Positions 1 to 14,357 of a stretch of DNA of 64,000 nt are shown piece by piece. This DNA comes from Octopus vulgaris (taxonomy: Eukaryota). Positions within the stretch are counted from its first letter, which is position 1. The number at the start of each line of letters is the position of its first letter. Position numbers and translations under genes: made by a program. The stretch spans positions 78,492,001 to 78,556,000 of the forward strand of contig OX597827.1 in assembly GCA_951406725.2 (NCBI GenBank). Direction: 5' to 3'. The notes below the pieces were generated by a model. It searched no databases, had not been told where the DNA came from, and saw only the letters and a program-made list of their open reading frames with translations.

Positions 1-37
1 GTATTCTTCTTCTTATTATTATTATTGTTGTTACTAA

Positions 38-240
38 GGCGATGAGTTGGCAGAATCATTAGCATGCCAGATGGAATGCTAAATAGAATTACGTTCTGAG
101 TTCAAATTCCACTGAGGTCGACTCTGCTTTTCATCCCTTTGGGGTCGATAAAATAAGTACCAGTTGAACACTGGGGTCGATATATTCGACTCATCCCCTC
201 CCCCACAAAATTGCTGCCCTTGTGGCAAAATTTGGAACTT
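38..240 (+). mobile_element. tRNA-derived SINE with Nin/Deu-like central domain (family A); further copies about 4545-4700, 7375-7585(-), 23776-23972, 25156-25388, 33720-33940(-), 44620-44815(-)
   Basis: A/B-box-like head (gagttggcagaa...gagttcaaattcc) and a recurring core tttcatccYtttggggtcgataaa-taagtaccagtt seen in many dispersed copies; (TAT)n flanks. Confidence 0.8.
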
Positions 241-636
241 ATTATTTATTATTACTGATCCAATGGTTTAATGGTTGAGAGATGATTGCACAAATTGTAG
301 TGGCGACTTTGTGGTGGTAAACAACATCATTATTTAGCACTCATTGTGGTTTATGTTGTAGTAGTTCAGTGGTAAAGGATTCGGAGCAACAGAACACAGT
401 CCGAACACACAAACCCCCACATCACACCGCAGCCAAATCTACCTCAAATCGCTCCGACCCCCCGCCTCCAGCGCCTTTAAAAATAGAAAGGATCATACTG
501 ATTGATGTTGTTCAAGGTGAACTGAGCCTAGAAAAAAAGACGGAAGCGCCACGGATGGAACGCCTTGAACATAGGTCTGCTCGGTGAGAGGCTGATCTGG
601 GACTAAACAACAAGCGCATACAAACACGTTATCTGT

Positions 637-674
<38 letters not shown>

Positions 675-1691
675 GGTGATGGAGGTGTTTTCTCTTGGGT
701 CTGTTGGGGGATTTTCAGGTCAATAATACGTTGTTTACACGATGTTATATTAAAAAGAGGAGGATGCAACACACACACACACAAAGTGGTCAGTTAATGC
801 GAGCTTTCAGACTTTAAGCGGATCAAAAAAAAATTACCCTTAGCTCAGCACACAACTATGTATGTATGTATATATATGCATGTAAAATGTTATTAGTCAC
901 CTTTTATGATCAGTTCATCTCCCCTACACTACACACACACACGTGTATATACACACACACAGACGCTAATTTCACGGTGTGTGTGTATACGAATATGTGT
1001 ATATGTATGTATATATATATATATATGTGTGTTTATATGTATGTATCTCTATACTGCCTATATATTTTATGTATCCACATAAATGTGTACATCGTATTAT
1101 ATAAACTACATAAATACACACACAAAGTTCCTGTTTATATGAATGTTTTCATTTTTTTTTCCTCGTAAATATGTGTCTATACGTGAATCGTTAGCCACTT
1201 TCAGGTTGTTTACACACATAAATTATGTGTATATATATATATATACATACACACACACAGATATATATATATATATATATACACATACACACACACATAA
1301 TTTATGTGTGTGTATGTATATATATATATATATACACGCATACATCATGAGAGAAATGTCTTTGTGGCTACTGAGACACAGAGATGAATTAAACAAACAA
1401 TAAACTTGAATAATCATTGGAGGGTCTTGAATTAAAGGTGTAAGAAACCCCCATAAATACACACAAAACCCCAAATATGTTTGGGGTTAAAGAAGATTGG
1501 GAAGGAAAAGAATAAGGAGGAGAGGAAGAACAAGGAGAAGAATGGGAAGCTTACCTAAAGAAACTTGTTTGATTCTCATTTGTCAAGAAGGTACATCAGT
1601 GGCCATAAACCAGTGACCGATTTACATGGTTGTCGTTATTGCATATTGATCCCTCACTTAAGAATAATCTATTTCTCCTTCTTCTTTACAG

Positions 1692-1833
1692 CAAACACAA
1701 AGCCCTGTCGCGGGTTTCTGTCGGAGAAAAGAGAGGATTTAAGAAAAGAGGCTTAAACGAGCGGATTATCTCATTTCTACAAACAATGGTAGACGAAGAA
1801 CCTTTCCCCGAGTCCTGTGTGGTTGCAGAATGA
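1692..1833 (+). CDS. putative terminal coding exon of an upstream gene (xKHKALSRVSVGEKRGFKKRGLNERIISFLQTMVDEEPFPESCVVAE*), product unknown
   Basis: Strong acceptor tatttctccttcttctttacag ending 1691, protein-like open frame to TGA 1831-1833, AATAAA at about 1935; no homology recognised. Confidence 0.4.
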
Positions 1834-2599
1834 ATCGGTTCGGCTGGACGAAGGAAGACGATTAAGAGAAGATGCAGGGAGGAAATACTTACCTTGGAGT
1901 GTGCCCTGACCAAAACAGCAAGGTGTGGATGAAGAATAAAAGGGTTTGCGGGGCTCGAGGGGTGCCACAAAGGTTTGCTTATTTCTGCACATATGTGTTT
2001 GTGTTTTAGGTCGCAGCTCTGAAGGTGGAGGGGGAGGAGACACGCCAACTGCTACCCTCTCTCTATGTCCCTATCTGTTTCTCTCTTTCCCTCTCTCTGT
2101 TCTTTTTATATAACTCAACCTCGCACCCCTCTTTCTCCTTCACTTTCCCCCTCTCTCTCTCTCTCTTACGCTTACTCCCTCTCTGTCTGTTTCTTAAGTC
2201 AAGGGAGATAATCTTGGCTCTGCACTAAAGAAGACACCATACGGGCTGTCATCAATTGTTTGATGTGGACTTGAATCTAAGATATTAAAAGATATTTGAT
2301 TGTCTGAAGATATAAATGAATCTATATACACACACAAACACAACACATATATTTATATTTGGTAGAAGAAACAGGATAAACAGAACTCAATACATTAAGA
2401 ATGTTATTAATTTATTAAGCCCCTCGTATTCAGAGCAGGACTTTTACATGTATTCCAGAAAGGCACAGAAAACATCTGAATTGTGTTAGAAAGTAACCCA
2501 AAGCTAAAATTTGGCTTGAAAATTTTTTTTTAAATATCCCTTTTCTGATCAGATTTTCCTGCTTGTCTGATTTGGACAGGCTTTCACTGTCTGAGTCAG

Positions 2600-3450
2600 T
2601 TCATAACTGGAGTTACACTTAAGCAATGTCACCCCAGAACCTGCTCCCCATGTTCACCAAAATCTTTAAACTCTTAATCTCTATGGAGATATACCCTGAC
2701 ATTTGGAAACATACTACAGTATGTCCCATTCCACAGAAATGCCACCCACCCTACCATCACACTCACTTCCAACATCTCCAAGGTAATGGAGACAGGCAAT
2801 AATAATAATGTTCTCTCTCTCCCTCTCTATCAGTAACCACCAGTACGGCTTCCACAAAGCAAGGTCTACTGGAAACTTACTCACTTATGTCACTCAGAAG
2901 TGAGCTCTCACTTTACAGATGTCCAGTGAAAGCATTGTTGTTTCCCAAGACATCAACTAAATCTTTGACCGTGTCTGGCATGTGAATCCCTTAGCAAAAC
3001 TTCCCTCCTACAAGCTCCATCCATCTTTCACCTCTTGGATTAGTAGTCCCCTATCAGATTACACCATTGCAGCATGCACTGATGAAAGTCTTTCTTCTCC
3101 TCTCTCAGCCAAGTCTGGTGCTCCCCAGGGTTCATTTTTGTCACCACCTCTCTTCTTTCTATGATTTAATAAACTATTTGCTGCTACATCCACACAGATG
3201 ATAAAATCTTTCATCCATCATAAAACTTTCTCTGACCATGCATCATTCACACACATCCACACACACGTCCTAGACACAGGACACCCAAACTATATTGATC
3301 CAATAAATAGAGACCTTGAGGGAATATTTCAGTGGGGCCATATCAACCTTTCTCTTTTAATAGAAAGAAAGAAAGAAAAAGGACACTGCTACACTACACC
3401 ATACCATGCTACCCTACTTTAAATATGAGCAGAGCTCCAGAGTCACTCCA
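2600..3450 (+). mobile_element. decayed LINE reverse-transcriptase fragment (CR1/Jockey-like)
   Basis: Translates to NHQYGFHKARSTG and SGAPQGSFLSPPLFFL (RT motifs) with stops and frameshifts. Confidence 0.7.
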
Positions 3451-3499
3451 ATTGCTGAGCCTTAACCCACTTATGTGTACCTTTTCCTTCTTTGGACAC

Positions 3500-3957
3500 T
3501 AAAACTCTGCTTGCGAAGACCTGTTGAGGCAAGTGAAATCAAAATCAAAATCAAATTCGATGACTGGTGTCTGTGCTAGCAGGGTGCAAAGAGCACCATA
3601 CGAGCGTGATCATTGACAGAGCGGCTAACCAGCTTCCGTGCCAGTGGCACTTAAAAGGTACCATTCGAGTGTGATCATTACCAGCGTCGCTTTACTGGCA
3701 CTTGTGCCGGTGGCATGTGTAAAAGATTTGAGCATGGCCGTTGCCAGTACCGCCTGACTGGCCCCATACCAGTGGCACGTAAAAGCACCCACTACACTCT
3801 CGGAGTGGTTGGCATTAGGAAGGGCATCCAGCTGTAGAAACTTTGCCAGATCAGATTGGAGCCTGGTGCAGCCATCTGGTTTGCCAGTCCTCAGTCAAAT
3901 CATCCAACCCATGCTAGCATGGAAAGCGGATGTTAAACGATGATGATGATGATGATC
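3500..3957 (+). mobile_element. SINE with (GAT)n tail (family C); further copies about 4185-4465, 5095-5310(-), 5640-5878, 12500-12610, 15960-16143, 20625-20808(-), 28815-29045
   Basis: Recurring core gagtggttggcRttaggaagggcatccagctgtagaaac...ccaacccatgctagc...gttaaacgatgatgat. Confidence 0.85.
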
Positions 3958-6210
3958 TCTCCCACCCATAGGAAACCCCAGCAGAGCTACGATAGCACCC
4001 AACAACCCTTTCCCAGCATTAGGCATTATTGCTCAATCCTTCATCCCTAGAAACTCCTCCCTGCTGATATGTTGACCTGCAACTGTTTAAACAAGACATT
4101 AACAGCACACATCTTGCCAGGCTTGGAGAGCTTGCAAGGGTCATAAGTTCTGCCCCTTCCTCTAAGTTCAACAATTTAGAGGCAAGTGAAATCAAATCAA
4201 ATCAAAATCGCTGACATGGCCAATGACACCACTGCCTTACTGGCACGTTAAAGACAACATTCGAGCATGGTCGCTGCCAGTGTTGCTGTATTGGCTCCTG
4301 TGCAGGTAGCACATTAAAAAGACCTTTTGAGCATGGTCATTGCCAAAATCGCCTGACTGGCTCTCGTGCCAGTGGCATATAAAAGCACCCAGAGTGGTTG
4401 GCATTAGGAAGGGCATCCAGCTGTAGAAACTTTGCCAAATCAGATTGGAGCCTGGTGCAGCCATATAATCGACTTAATCCGTTTGTCTGTCCTTGTTTGT
4501 CCTCTCTGTGTTTAGCCTCTTGTAGGTAGTAAAGAAATAGGTATTTCGTCTGCCGTTACGTTCTGAGTTCAAATTCCACCATGGTCAACTTTGCCATTCA
4601 TCCTTTCGGGGTCAATAAATTAAGTACCAGTTGCATACTGGGGTCGATGTAATCAACTGGCCCCTACCCCAAAAATTCAAGCCTTGTGCCTAGAGTAGAA
4701 AAGAAAAAAAAAAGAATTTTTGTTGTTGTTGTTCTTATTTTTTAGGAGTGAGGTTGGCTGTATCATTAGTGTTGGACAAATGCCCTCTGAGATATATTCT
4801 GGTTCTGAGTTCGTATCTTGCTGAGGTCAACTTTGTCTTTCATCCTTCTGGAGTTCACGAAATAAAGTACCATTGAAGTACTGGTCTGAATGGTACTGAT
4901 TCACCCCATCCCCCGCCACTAAAAACAGAAAATTTTTATATATTTTCAAGCCTTGTTCCCATCTATCCTTTATATCTTACTTATTTAAGTCATCAGATTT
5001 CGGCCATGCTGGGGCACCATTTTGAAGAGCTTTTTACTTGAATGAATTGACCTCACCTCACCCCAGGACTTATTTTTTTAAAAACAGGTACTCATCATCA
5101 TCATCGTTTAACGTCCGTTTTCTGTGCTAGCATGGGTTGGATGATTCGATCAGGGTCTAGGAAGCCAGGAGGCTGCACCAGGCTCCAGTCTGATCTGACA
5201 GTGTTTTTACAGCTGGATGCCCTTCCTAACGCCAACCACTCCGTGGGTGTAGTGGGTGCTTTTTACATGCCACCGGCACAGGTGCCAAGGGAGTCTGGCA
5301 GCGGCCACGATTGGTTTGTGCTTTTTAAAAAAAAATTAATATCTACCAGACCACCCCCTCTCAGCCACTCCAATTCTTCTCAACATCACTTACTATTTTT
5401 GCTATCTCCAAACACCGCCCCCCCCCCTCTGTACTACTTATACTACTACCCCTATCATTCCCTTTTGGCAAACCCTTTCTCTCAATTTGACTGTCACTCT
5501 ATCTTTCTCTCTGTAACTCACCCCCTACCTTCCTTGTCCTACTAAAGTAGCCAATTACCTCCTCAATGGAGAGTAGGCTACCTCTGTCCTCCCATCGTAC
5601 TTTAATTTCTCAGTTCCACTACCTTTCTCAGCTGAGAGGTCCTTGTCATGCAAGCTTGTGGGTGTTGGTACCACCTAAAGAGCACCCATGCTGATGCCTT
5701 GTGAAAAGCACCCAGTATACTCTGTGAAGTGGTTGGCATTAGGAAGGGCGTCCAGCCGTAGAAACCATGCCAAAACAGACAATTGAAGCCTGGTGCAGTC
5801 GTCTGCCTCGCCTGCTCCTGTCAAATCATCCAACCCATGTCAGCATGGAAAATGGACGTTAAATGATGATGATGATGCTTTATATAGTTGTGGTTATTTC
5901 AGACCAGTGAAACTTTGGTTGTGTGATGACCATCACCTTGAAGAATATTTCAAATGTCAAAGATTTTGTCATTGCGCCTCAAGTTGGGAAGTTGGGCGAG
6001 TGGTTTAGAAGTTTGCTTCGGGTGGACTAAATACCGTGAGACCGAAATTTGGTAGATGGAAACTGTATCGTAATTCGGCGACTGTTTAAGTACCAAGTCT
6101 TACTGGGTTTCCTGGACAAATAATAATAATAAAAAAAGACGTCAACAGAATTCTAAAGACTAAGACTCTCTCTATCTCTTTTTCTTCTCTCTTTTCCCCC
6201 TCTTTCTTAG

Positions 6211-6700
6211 CGGTTATCTGCTCTTGTTTCTCAGCCGCCACCGCTAGTCGCTGCTACTGTCGCCACTGCTGCTACTGCTACTTCCTGTACTTTCCCATCC
6301 AAATGGAGCCACAATGACAACAACAATAGAAGAAGAAGGTGTGGGCACTTGATTCGATGCCCGTCCAAGTCCTGCTCTCCGCCGGGCGCAACCCAACGCT
6401 TCTGGATCACACCGTCGGTTTATTTCACATTTCACTCTCTCTTGCCATTGTTAGGACAAAACAACGATAAAAACTGCTTTATAGATCTTACTTCATTCAT
6501 TAGTATTTCTACAGTGTATAGTGCTGTGTGTGTGTGTGTATATATATGTATATATATTCTTTATTATATATATATAGTAACTGGACACACATTAACCATA
6601 TAAAGTGCATCGTTTAAAGAGGCATCACACACACACACACATGTATATATACACACATCGCTAAGTTCTGTCAACATTTTCCTGTTACAAGCGCAACTTG
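6211..6700 (+). other. candidate 5' non-coding exon/promoter-proximal region of ZNF-A
   Basis: Locally CpG-rich, non-repetitive; polypyrimidine acceptor ending 6210 and consensus donor ttg|gtaagt at 6701. The link to ZNF-A is inference. Confidence 0.3.
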
Positions 6701-6744
6701 GTAAGTAGACAGTCGAAACTTTGCTAAAGAGTTAATATTGATCC

Positions 6745-6780
<36 letters not shown>

Positions 6781-7854
6781 ATAGGCATATATGTGTGTGT
6801 GTGTTTTTGCGATTCTTTCTTAAAGTTATACAATTTTTTTAACCTTTAATATTTGATCCTGTCTTCTTTCTCGTATTTCTGTTTGTTATTACATTCCTTT
6901 TTTTAATTTATCAGATAATAATTTAATCAGTGTGAACCTGTGCCAATGTCTGAAATGATAACGACGATGGTGTTGGCGATGTGGTTTAGATATCAAAGCA
7001 GAAAGCTACAAATTTCAAGAGGTTTTAGGTGTCAACCCAATCTTGTCCGTGCTTGAAATTGAACTGGGAGCGAAGAAATAACGGGAAACCCAAAAATATT
7101 TTGCCCTCAACTCTCCTTATTCTCTCAGCTACTGCTTCTAGTATCCGCGATTTCATACACAGACAGAAAGCCGGACATTTCAGGTGAGGGTGTTGTAATT
7201 GCTTAAATCGACCCCCAGTACACGCAATTGGGCACCTATTTAATCTGCTCCGGATGGGTGAATAGAGAAGTTGGCCCTGGCGGGATTTGAACGTAAGTGC
7301 ATGAAGCGTTCTGGCCATCAATGGGTCTACTTTGTACAATCATGAAATGCAAAAAGCAGAAAGGTTTAATAATTCCTTCAAAATTTGGCGCAAGGCCAGC
7401 AATTTTCGTGGGATTGGGTAAGTCGATAACACCGACTTTAGTTCTCAAGTATTTTATTTAATCGATCCCGAAATGATGAAAGGCGAAGTGTATTTCGGCG
7501 GGATTTGATCTCAGAACGTCGAGCCGGAAGAAATACCGCAAGGCATTTTCTCCGCCGCGCTAACAATTCTGCCATCTCGCCGCCTTAATATTAATAAAAG
7601 TGGTTTTTGATTTTGTCACGGGGTCACACGTTTTGTGGGTGGGCCGAGACGATTATATCAACCTCAGCAATTTCACGCGAATAATTTACATATTTAATTC
7701 CACAAATATGGCAGGTTTCGAAATATTTTTCTGTTAAAGCATTGCCATTACACCTGAAACACTGCTAATTTTATAAAATGTAATTAAGCAGGAAGATGCA
7801 GATACCATTTCCTCTTCCACCCGTTCAGTCCCATAAAGCAAGTTTGTTGATATT

Positions 7855-8030
7855 GCTATTTAACTACATCAGGGATGATCAAGCAGACCTATGATCAAAG
7901 GTGTTCCAGCCATGACCATCCTGTATTTTATAAACCAGTGTATGCATTGTCCTACATTTTTTTTTAAAGGACAGTGAAGGGTGATTTGGTTGCTATTTTT
8001 AGAGATGTCGAGCGATCACATCGAGGAGCG
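7855..8030 (+). repeat. dispersed repeat family E; further copies about 8660-8885 (with 55-bp tandem duplication), 9190-9360, 33420-33580(-), 42675-42880, 42980-43170, 56690-56820(-)
   Basis: Recurring gcagacctatgatcaaagg...ccagccatgaccatcc and gatttRgctgctatttctagcagg blocks. Confidence 0.7.
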
Positions 8031-10499
8031 CCTCCGCCGTCCTTCAAACAAGGACAGTTGACGTGGGTCGGGTTCGGGGATGTTGTCTATTCCTGTAGAC
8101 AACTATTTACGGTTCCACGAAAATAATTGGCAACAAAGTTAACGAAAATAAAGTCTGTTACATGCTTCTCTCATCACATCCATTCACAGACTTCTTCAAA
8201 TCCCGCTCGAAGACACACGCCAAAGATGTAGCGGCCTTCTCTTTAGGAAGATTTGGTTTTTTTTTTTTCTTATTGAAGGCGGGATGAAAGTGGATGAGCG
8301 GTAATGTGTGAAGAGGTATCTATGTCGAGAAAAAAGACCAGTTGCCTGGTTTGACGATAAACAGGGTCTAATGATAGTTTTTTTTTAATAATTTCATTAT
8401 TTTTTGTATCCCAACATAGCAATATCCTGTTTTTTAAATTTTTATTTTCATTTCTTCTTGTTGAACCCCCTCTCTGTCCTACCCTTATATAATCCCATCC
8501 ACCTATAGAATACTTATAGAAATATTAAATCGACCACGGTTTTTCACTGGTACTTTATTCTATTGAGTAAATCTTCCACTAAAAGCGCTCCATCCTTAGC
8601 TATCCAGTTCTTTTCTATGTCAGTTTATTACATTGTCAAATAAATATCTTTAAGACGGTGGGGCGTTAATAGAGGAAGATTTAACTGCTATTTCTAGCAT
8701 CTTGAGTGACCACACAGGGGCGTTAATAGAGGAAGATTTAACTGCTATTTCTAGCATCTCGAGTGACCACATAGGAGCCACCTTGTTAACTCGTTTTAGT
8801 TTCAATTCGCTGACGTTTAAGCCCCAGGTCAGTCGTTGCCAAACAGCCCTGGGATGAAAAACGTTCCGGCTTTGACCATCCCATCTATTTATATATATGA
8901 GGGACTACATTTCCCTGCATATCCTGCTTCATTTTCGGTTTTTCGATACGAAACTTCTCTGGTGAAAAGATTAAAGATGTAAAATCTTGTCTCTCTATAT
9001 ATCTACCTCTCATTCTGTCTGTCTGTCTGTCTCTCTCCTCACTGTGTGTGTGTATATATATCCGCCTTTTTGTCTTATTGAGAAAATGTATATGATCACA
9101 GTGTAAAATACCAGTGATACACTGAAGTTCATTCAACTAGCACCACTCCTTCATTAGCCTTGTGTCTAATGAAAAGAAGTTGTTACTAGGCACCAGGTAA
9201 GTCCTGGTGGAGTAGACCTATTCAACCACAACAACCCATCAGTATGTGTGTGTGTGTGTGTATCCAGTGTCCAACGTGTCTTTCATTTTTTTAAGATCAT
9301 AAGAGTGTGATTTGAGGGAAATTTAGCAGTTATTTCTAGCAGACCAATTAACCATGTATGGACCAACGCCTCTCAACGTGTCAGTAAAGTTAGTACATCT
9401 GTACTGCCTGATTTCGGTAAAATAAGTACCAGTTGTATCATCGGGTATCACGGTTGGAGCGAATGTGGTCTTCCAATTATAGAACTGGCCGTTGTTTGAA
9501 GGAAGTTTGGCTGCTGTTTTTAGCAGGTTAACTCAACCCTTATGTGTGGCAAATGTGGTGAGAATCGATCTGGTGACTTAGTTTGGGTCTTCCATAATCT
9601 ACGTTCAAATCACATTGAGATTGGCTTTCGATTTTTATCGGTCCTGGGTCATAAAACTCAACTCCAGCAGAATAATTAGATCGATTCTGTCACTCGTATC
9701 TCCCCCTCCTGACCTCCATTTGTGCCAGGTTCAATCACCTGATGATTTCAGGAAAGGCATGAACGTCACACAATCTCATCGGTCCTACCTTGTGAACGTG
9801 TATGTAGCCCGGAGGTATATGCAACACAGAACACAGAGTCGGTTTGTCTCCCCTACGTTCGGGGTTCAAAACCCGGCTGGGGGTCAATTAAATCAGTACC
9901 ATCAATACACTGGGGGATCGAATCAGCTTGTAACATCACTCTTCAGCTCCGAAAAAATGTCCTGTACCCCACTAAGGTTATAGAACAAGACATAAACACC
10001 CTTATTTCACCTTTAATTTTTTTATTTTACAAACCTTTGATTCTCTCCTTAACCCCCCCCCCATTCACAGCCCCCCCCCCCCCCGCTGTCCCTCCCACTT
10101 TTTTTCTATCAATGTCTGCTGCAGGTGTTCTCTATTATTTATTAATACGTCGCCTCTTTCTTTCTCTTTGTATTTCCTTTTCCATTTATCTTCGTCCTGC
10201 TCCCTTTATATCTCACAGCTATCACCACCATCATCATTGCTATCTCCTCATCAGAAGGGTCGTGGGAGGAAGCAGTCACCACCATCCTCAAATCACCGTC
10301 TTAGATATAAATAAAATAAAAATTAAAATAAAGGCAGCATTTGATGTAGTCCTTATCTAACAGTTACTCCTTGCACGTTGGAAGAAGACAGGATGGTCAC
10401 AGCTGGAATGCCTCTGATTATAGGTCTACTCGCTCGGGCTGACCTGGGTGTAAACATCATCATACTATAGATTACCAAAATACTCATCACCACCACCAT

Positions 10500-11540
10500 C
10501 ATCATCATCATCATACACTACATCAACTACATTTTCTATAAATCTCCCTCTTATCTTTCGTTTTCTCTCATCCTCTCCTGTAATACATTATCCATCTCTC
10601 TCCCCCCTCTCTCTCTATCTATATATATTCATGTTTACTCTCTTTCCATCTCTAATACACTATCTCCCTCCCTCCCTCTCTCTCTAATGCATTATCTACT
10701 CCCCCTCCCTCCATCATACAACATCTTTCCTCTCTACCTTCTGGCATACATTATCCTCTCTCTCTCTCTCTCTCTCTCTCCCTCCCTCTAATACATGTAT
10801 ATATTCGTTGTCTCTCCACTGTTATACATTATCTACAATCTCTCCCTCTATTACCTTATCTAGTTTATCTCTTCCCTCTTTAATACATTACCTTCTCTTT
10901 CTTCTTCCCTAGTTGAGTATCTCTTTCCTTCCCCCCTCTCTCTCTCCAATACCTTATCACTTTTCTCTCCCTCTCTCTTACATTAATCTATCTTGTTTTC
11001 TCTTTCCTCCTCTTCTAATACATTATCTTTCCTCTATCTTGCCTCCCTCTAAATTATCTCTCTCTCTCTTCCCTTCTCCCCCTCTCTTTATTTCCTATCT
11101 TATCCTTTGCCCATTTTCTCTGTTCCTCTTCTCTTGTTTTCCCCCCTCTCTCTCTCCTTATTACTTACTCCTACCTCCACTTTCTTTTCTTTTCTTAATC
11201 TCGTCTTCTCCCTCCTTTCTTTTACTTCACTCTCCTCCTCCTCCTCCTCCTACGTATATTTTTTCTTTTATATAATTTTCTTTCTCTTTTTCTTCCTTTT
11301 CTTTTTGTCCCTTTATATCTTTTCATTTCCTTTCTTTTCAATTTTTTTCTTTCACATTTTCTTGTCCCTTATCTCTCTCTCTCCCCCCTCTCTCTCTCTC
11401 TCTCATTTCCACCACCATTATTTTTTTTTTATATTTCCGTTTATTCTATTCCCTTATAATTCTTTTTCTCTCTCCTTTCTTTCATTGATTTCTTCTTATG
11501 TATATGTTTTCTTTCATTCTTTCTATCTTTCCACATGAAA
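10500..11540. repeat. about 1 kb polypyrimidine/(CT)n low-complexity tract with recurrent taatacattatc motif
   Basis: Almost purine-free plus strand; motif recurs roughly ten times. Confidence 0.85.
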
Positions 11541-12904
11541 TCATTTACTAGAATCTAAAAAAAAAAAAGGGAGAAATAATCACCAGAACGAATAGCAGCA
11601 ATTCTTTTCTTCTTTGGCTTTGGTTGGTTCCATCATCATCATCATCACCACCACCACCACTACGCATGCCATCATCATCATCATCAACATCATCCCCATT
11701 ATCATTGCTATTTTACCATTATCATCTCCACAACCCAAAACCAAGACCTCGCCACCACCACCACCATCAGCACCTCCCCCCCACCATCATTGATGTTATT
11801 TCACCATCTACTTCAGTCTTCATTCTTGTGGAGGTTTTTTTTCTCTCTTTTTTCTTCTGGATCTCAGAGACACACAGACAGACCAGAGATAGATTCACAC
11901 AGAAAAGACACAACTGATTAGTTGATAAAGTTAGGCTCTTCACATCAGCATACACACACACATTCCATGAAATAAAGACAAAAAGAAAAACGTTACACAC
12001 ACACCATAAATGAAATAACAAAAACAGTATGTATGTATTAATGTATACACACATACTCGTATTTGTAGGGGTCATTTTTGCTTGTGTGTGTGCATGTATG
12101 ATGATCCTCAGACATCCATCTTCGAGGCTGGCATGGGTTGGACAGTTTGGCAGGTTCCAATGTGTCCAAAGACTGCTTCATGCTCCAGTGCCTGAAGATT
12201 GTGGCAGGTAGAGTGCCGTGAAGTACCTGTGCCCAGGTAAGCTCGGTTTCCCTGCATGTTTACGATTGTATTATATGCACTACAAAGTGTGCATGTGTGT
12301 CCTCCATTCACCCTTGCAACTTCAACCCGCCCACACTCCTAATTCGTCTGTCTCCTATTTACTCTTGTACCTTGAGGGTCCACCCAGAAACTTCAATCAC
12401 TTCCACCCTCTCTTCCCAAATCTAAGTTCTGGCTCCTTCTCTCAAACATTAATTCTGCATCTCCAAGCCTTAAAGCTGCTTCTCTCAAGGTTTTTGTAGT
12501 CTTGCAAGGTGCATGACAACCTCACTAATGCTAATGCCACGTAAAAAGCACACTCTGTGAAGTGGTTGGCATTAGGAAGGGCATCCAGCTGTAGAAACCA
12601 TGCCAACAAAAACAATTTTGTTTTAAATCCTCCAGTAAACCCTGACCCCCACACCATGCCCATAGTTTGAGAGACTGCATCAGTTTCAATGTGTGAGGAC
12701 CAGTGGAATGAAAATACCTTACTTTAGAAAAACCCCAGTTGAGTGTTGGTGAGAGGAAGAGCATCCAGTCATAGAATATCCACCTCAACAAGTGTCACCC
12801 AATGCATGTGAATACAGGAAAACAGACACAAAACTCATGTTGGGAAGGATTGTTTTTGTTGAAATGGTCTGAATGAAGGCATCTGAAGACAACGTTTATA
12901 CACT

Positions 12905-13323
12905 CTTTCTTTTGCTTGTTTCAGTCATTTGACTGCGGCCATGCTGGAGCACCGCCTTTAATCGAGCAAATCGACCCCGGGACTTATTCTTTTTTGTAAG
13001 CCCAGTACTTATTCTATCGGTCTCTTTTGCCGAACCGCTAAGTAACGGGGACATAAACACACCAGCATCGGTTGTCAAGCAATGCTAGGGGGACAAATAC
13101 AGACACACAAACACACACACGCATATATATATATATATTTATATATATATATACATACATATATACGACGGGCTTCTTTCAGTTTCCGTCTGCCAAATCC
13201 ACTCACAAGGCTTTGGTCGGCCCGAGGCTATAGTAGAAGACACTTGCCCAAGGTGCCACGCAGTGGGACTGAACCCGGAACCATGTGGTTGGTAAGCAAG
13301 CTACTTACCACACAGCCACTCCT
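12905..13323 (-). mobile_element. full-length tRNA-derived SINE (family B, octopus OK-like)
   Basis: Reverse complement starts aggagtggctgtgtggtaagtagc...gggttcagtccc (A/B boxes), with an internal (TA/TG)n; near-identical to 15293-15648. Confidence 0.85.
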
Positions 13324-13819
13324 AGACATTCTTTATTTCAAATCTCTACAATCGTTTCCACACTTGATTGCACCCATTGTTACATTGGTGAGATGATTTA
13401 ATTAACCTATCGTGTAATTGCTATCCAACATCAAAGGTTTAAGATGGGTTCCTTGAGGTGAATATTTTAAATAAGCCCTCCATTAGATTTATTTCTTTCT
13501 CTGTGAGAATGAATACCCAAGTATGTTAATTACATCATCTCACTAAATTACTAAATTGGTGTAGTCATGTATGGAAGCAACTGCAGTAATTTGGAATAAA
13601 GAATGGTTGTTCATTCATTTTGTATTATTCATCTATTTATATAAGCTCTGTGGATACTGTGGAATCCCTGATGTATGTCCAGTAACAGGAGTATTTCTAC
13701 TGTATGATAACATCTGGTGGCCAGTAACTATGGATGAGCTTTGCATAGCATGCTGCAAGGTTTTTAGTCAAATTTGATTCAACTGTGTGTGTGTAGATTG
13801 TTTGAAGTGATGTACAGAT

Positions 13820-14320
13820 TTTATACATAAAGAAAAAGGGGGCAGTCAGAATTTTGGATAATTCTTTATTAGTGCTTTCATCTCATTCATGGAGACTCCT
13901 CAGATATAAGGTTTACAGAAAATTTCTTGCCCTTTTTATACAGATCTAAAAGAGGATTTTTGTTGTTTTGTTATCTGTACATGAGTTTATATTGAGAGGA
14001 AAGGCAGAGAGGAAGATAGAAAGAAGGACAGAGAAGAGAAAAGAAAGAAAGGATATGTTTGGGGGATGATGTGTGATTTATAGCTTTTTCATAGGTAGCT
14101 GATGATAAAGACAATTGAAGATGTCAAATTTTGTCCTTTAAAGAAAAGAAGACAGATAAAAAAAAGGACAGAGAGAGAGAAGGGCTTCTTTTCAATTGTA
14201 TTGAAATCAATATGGTCAGCCTGCTGAAGTTTTAATTACAATTCAAGATGTCAGCATTGATTTAGTTATTGTTTTTGAAGGCATCTCTCTCTCTCTCTCT
14301 CTCTCATTATATACATATTA

Positions 14321-14357
<37 letters not shown>

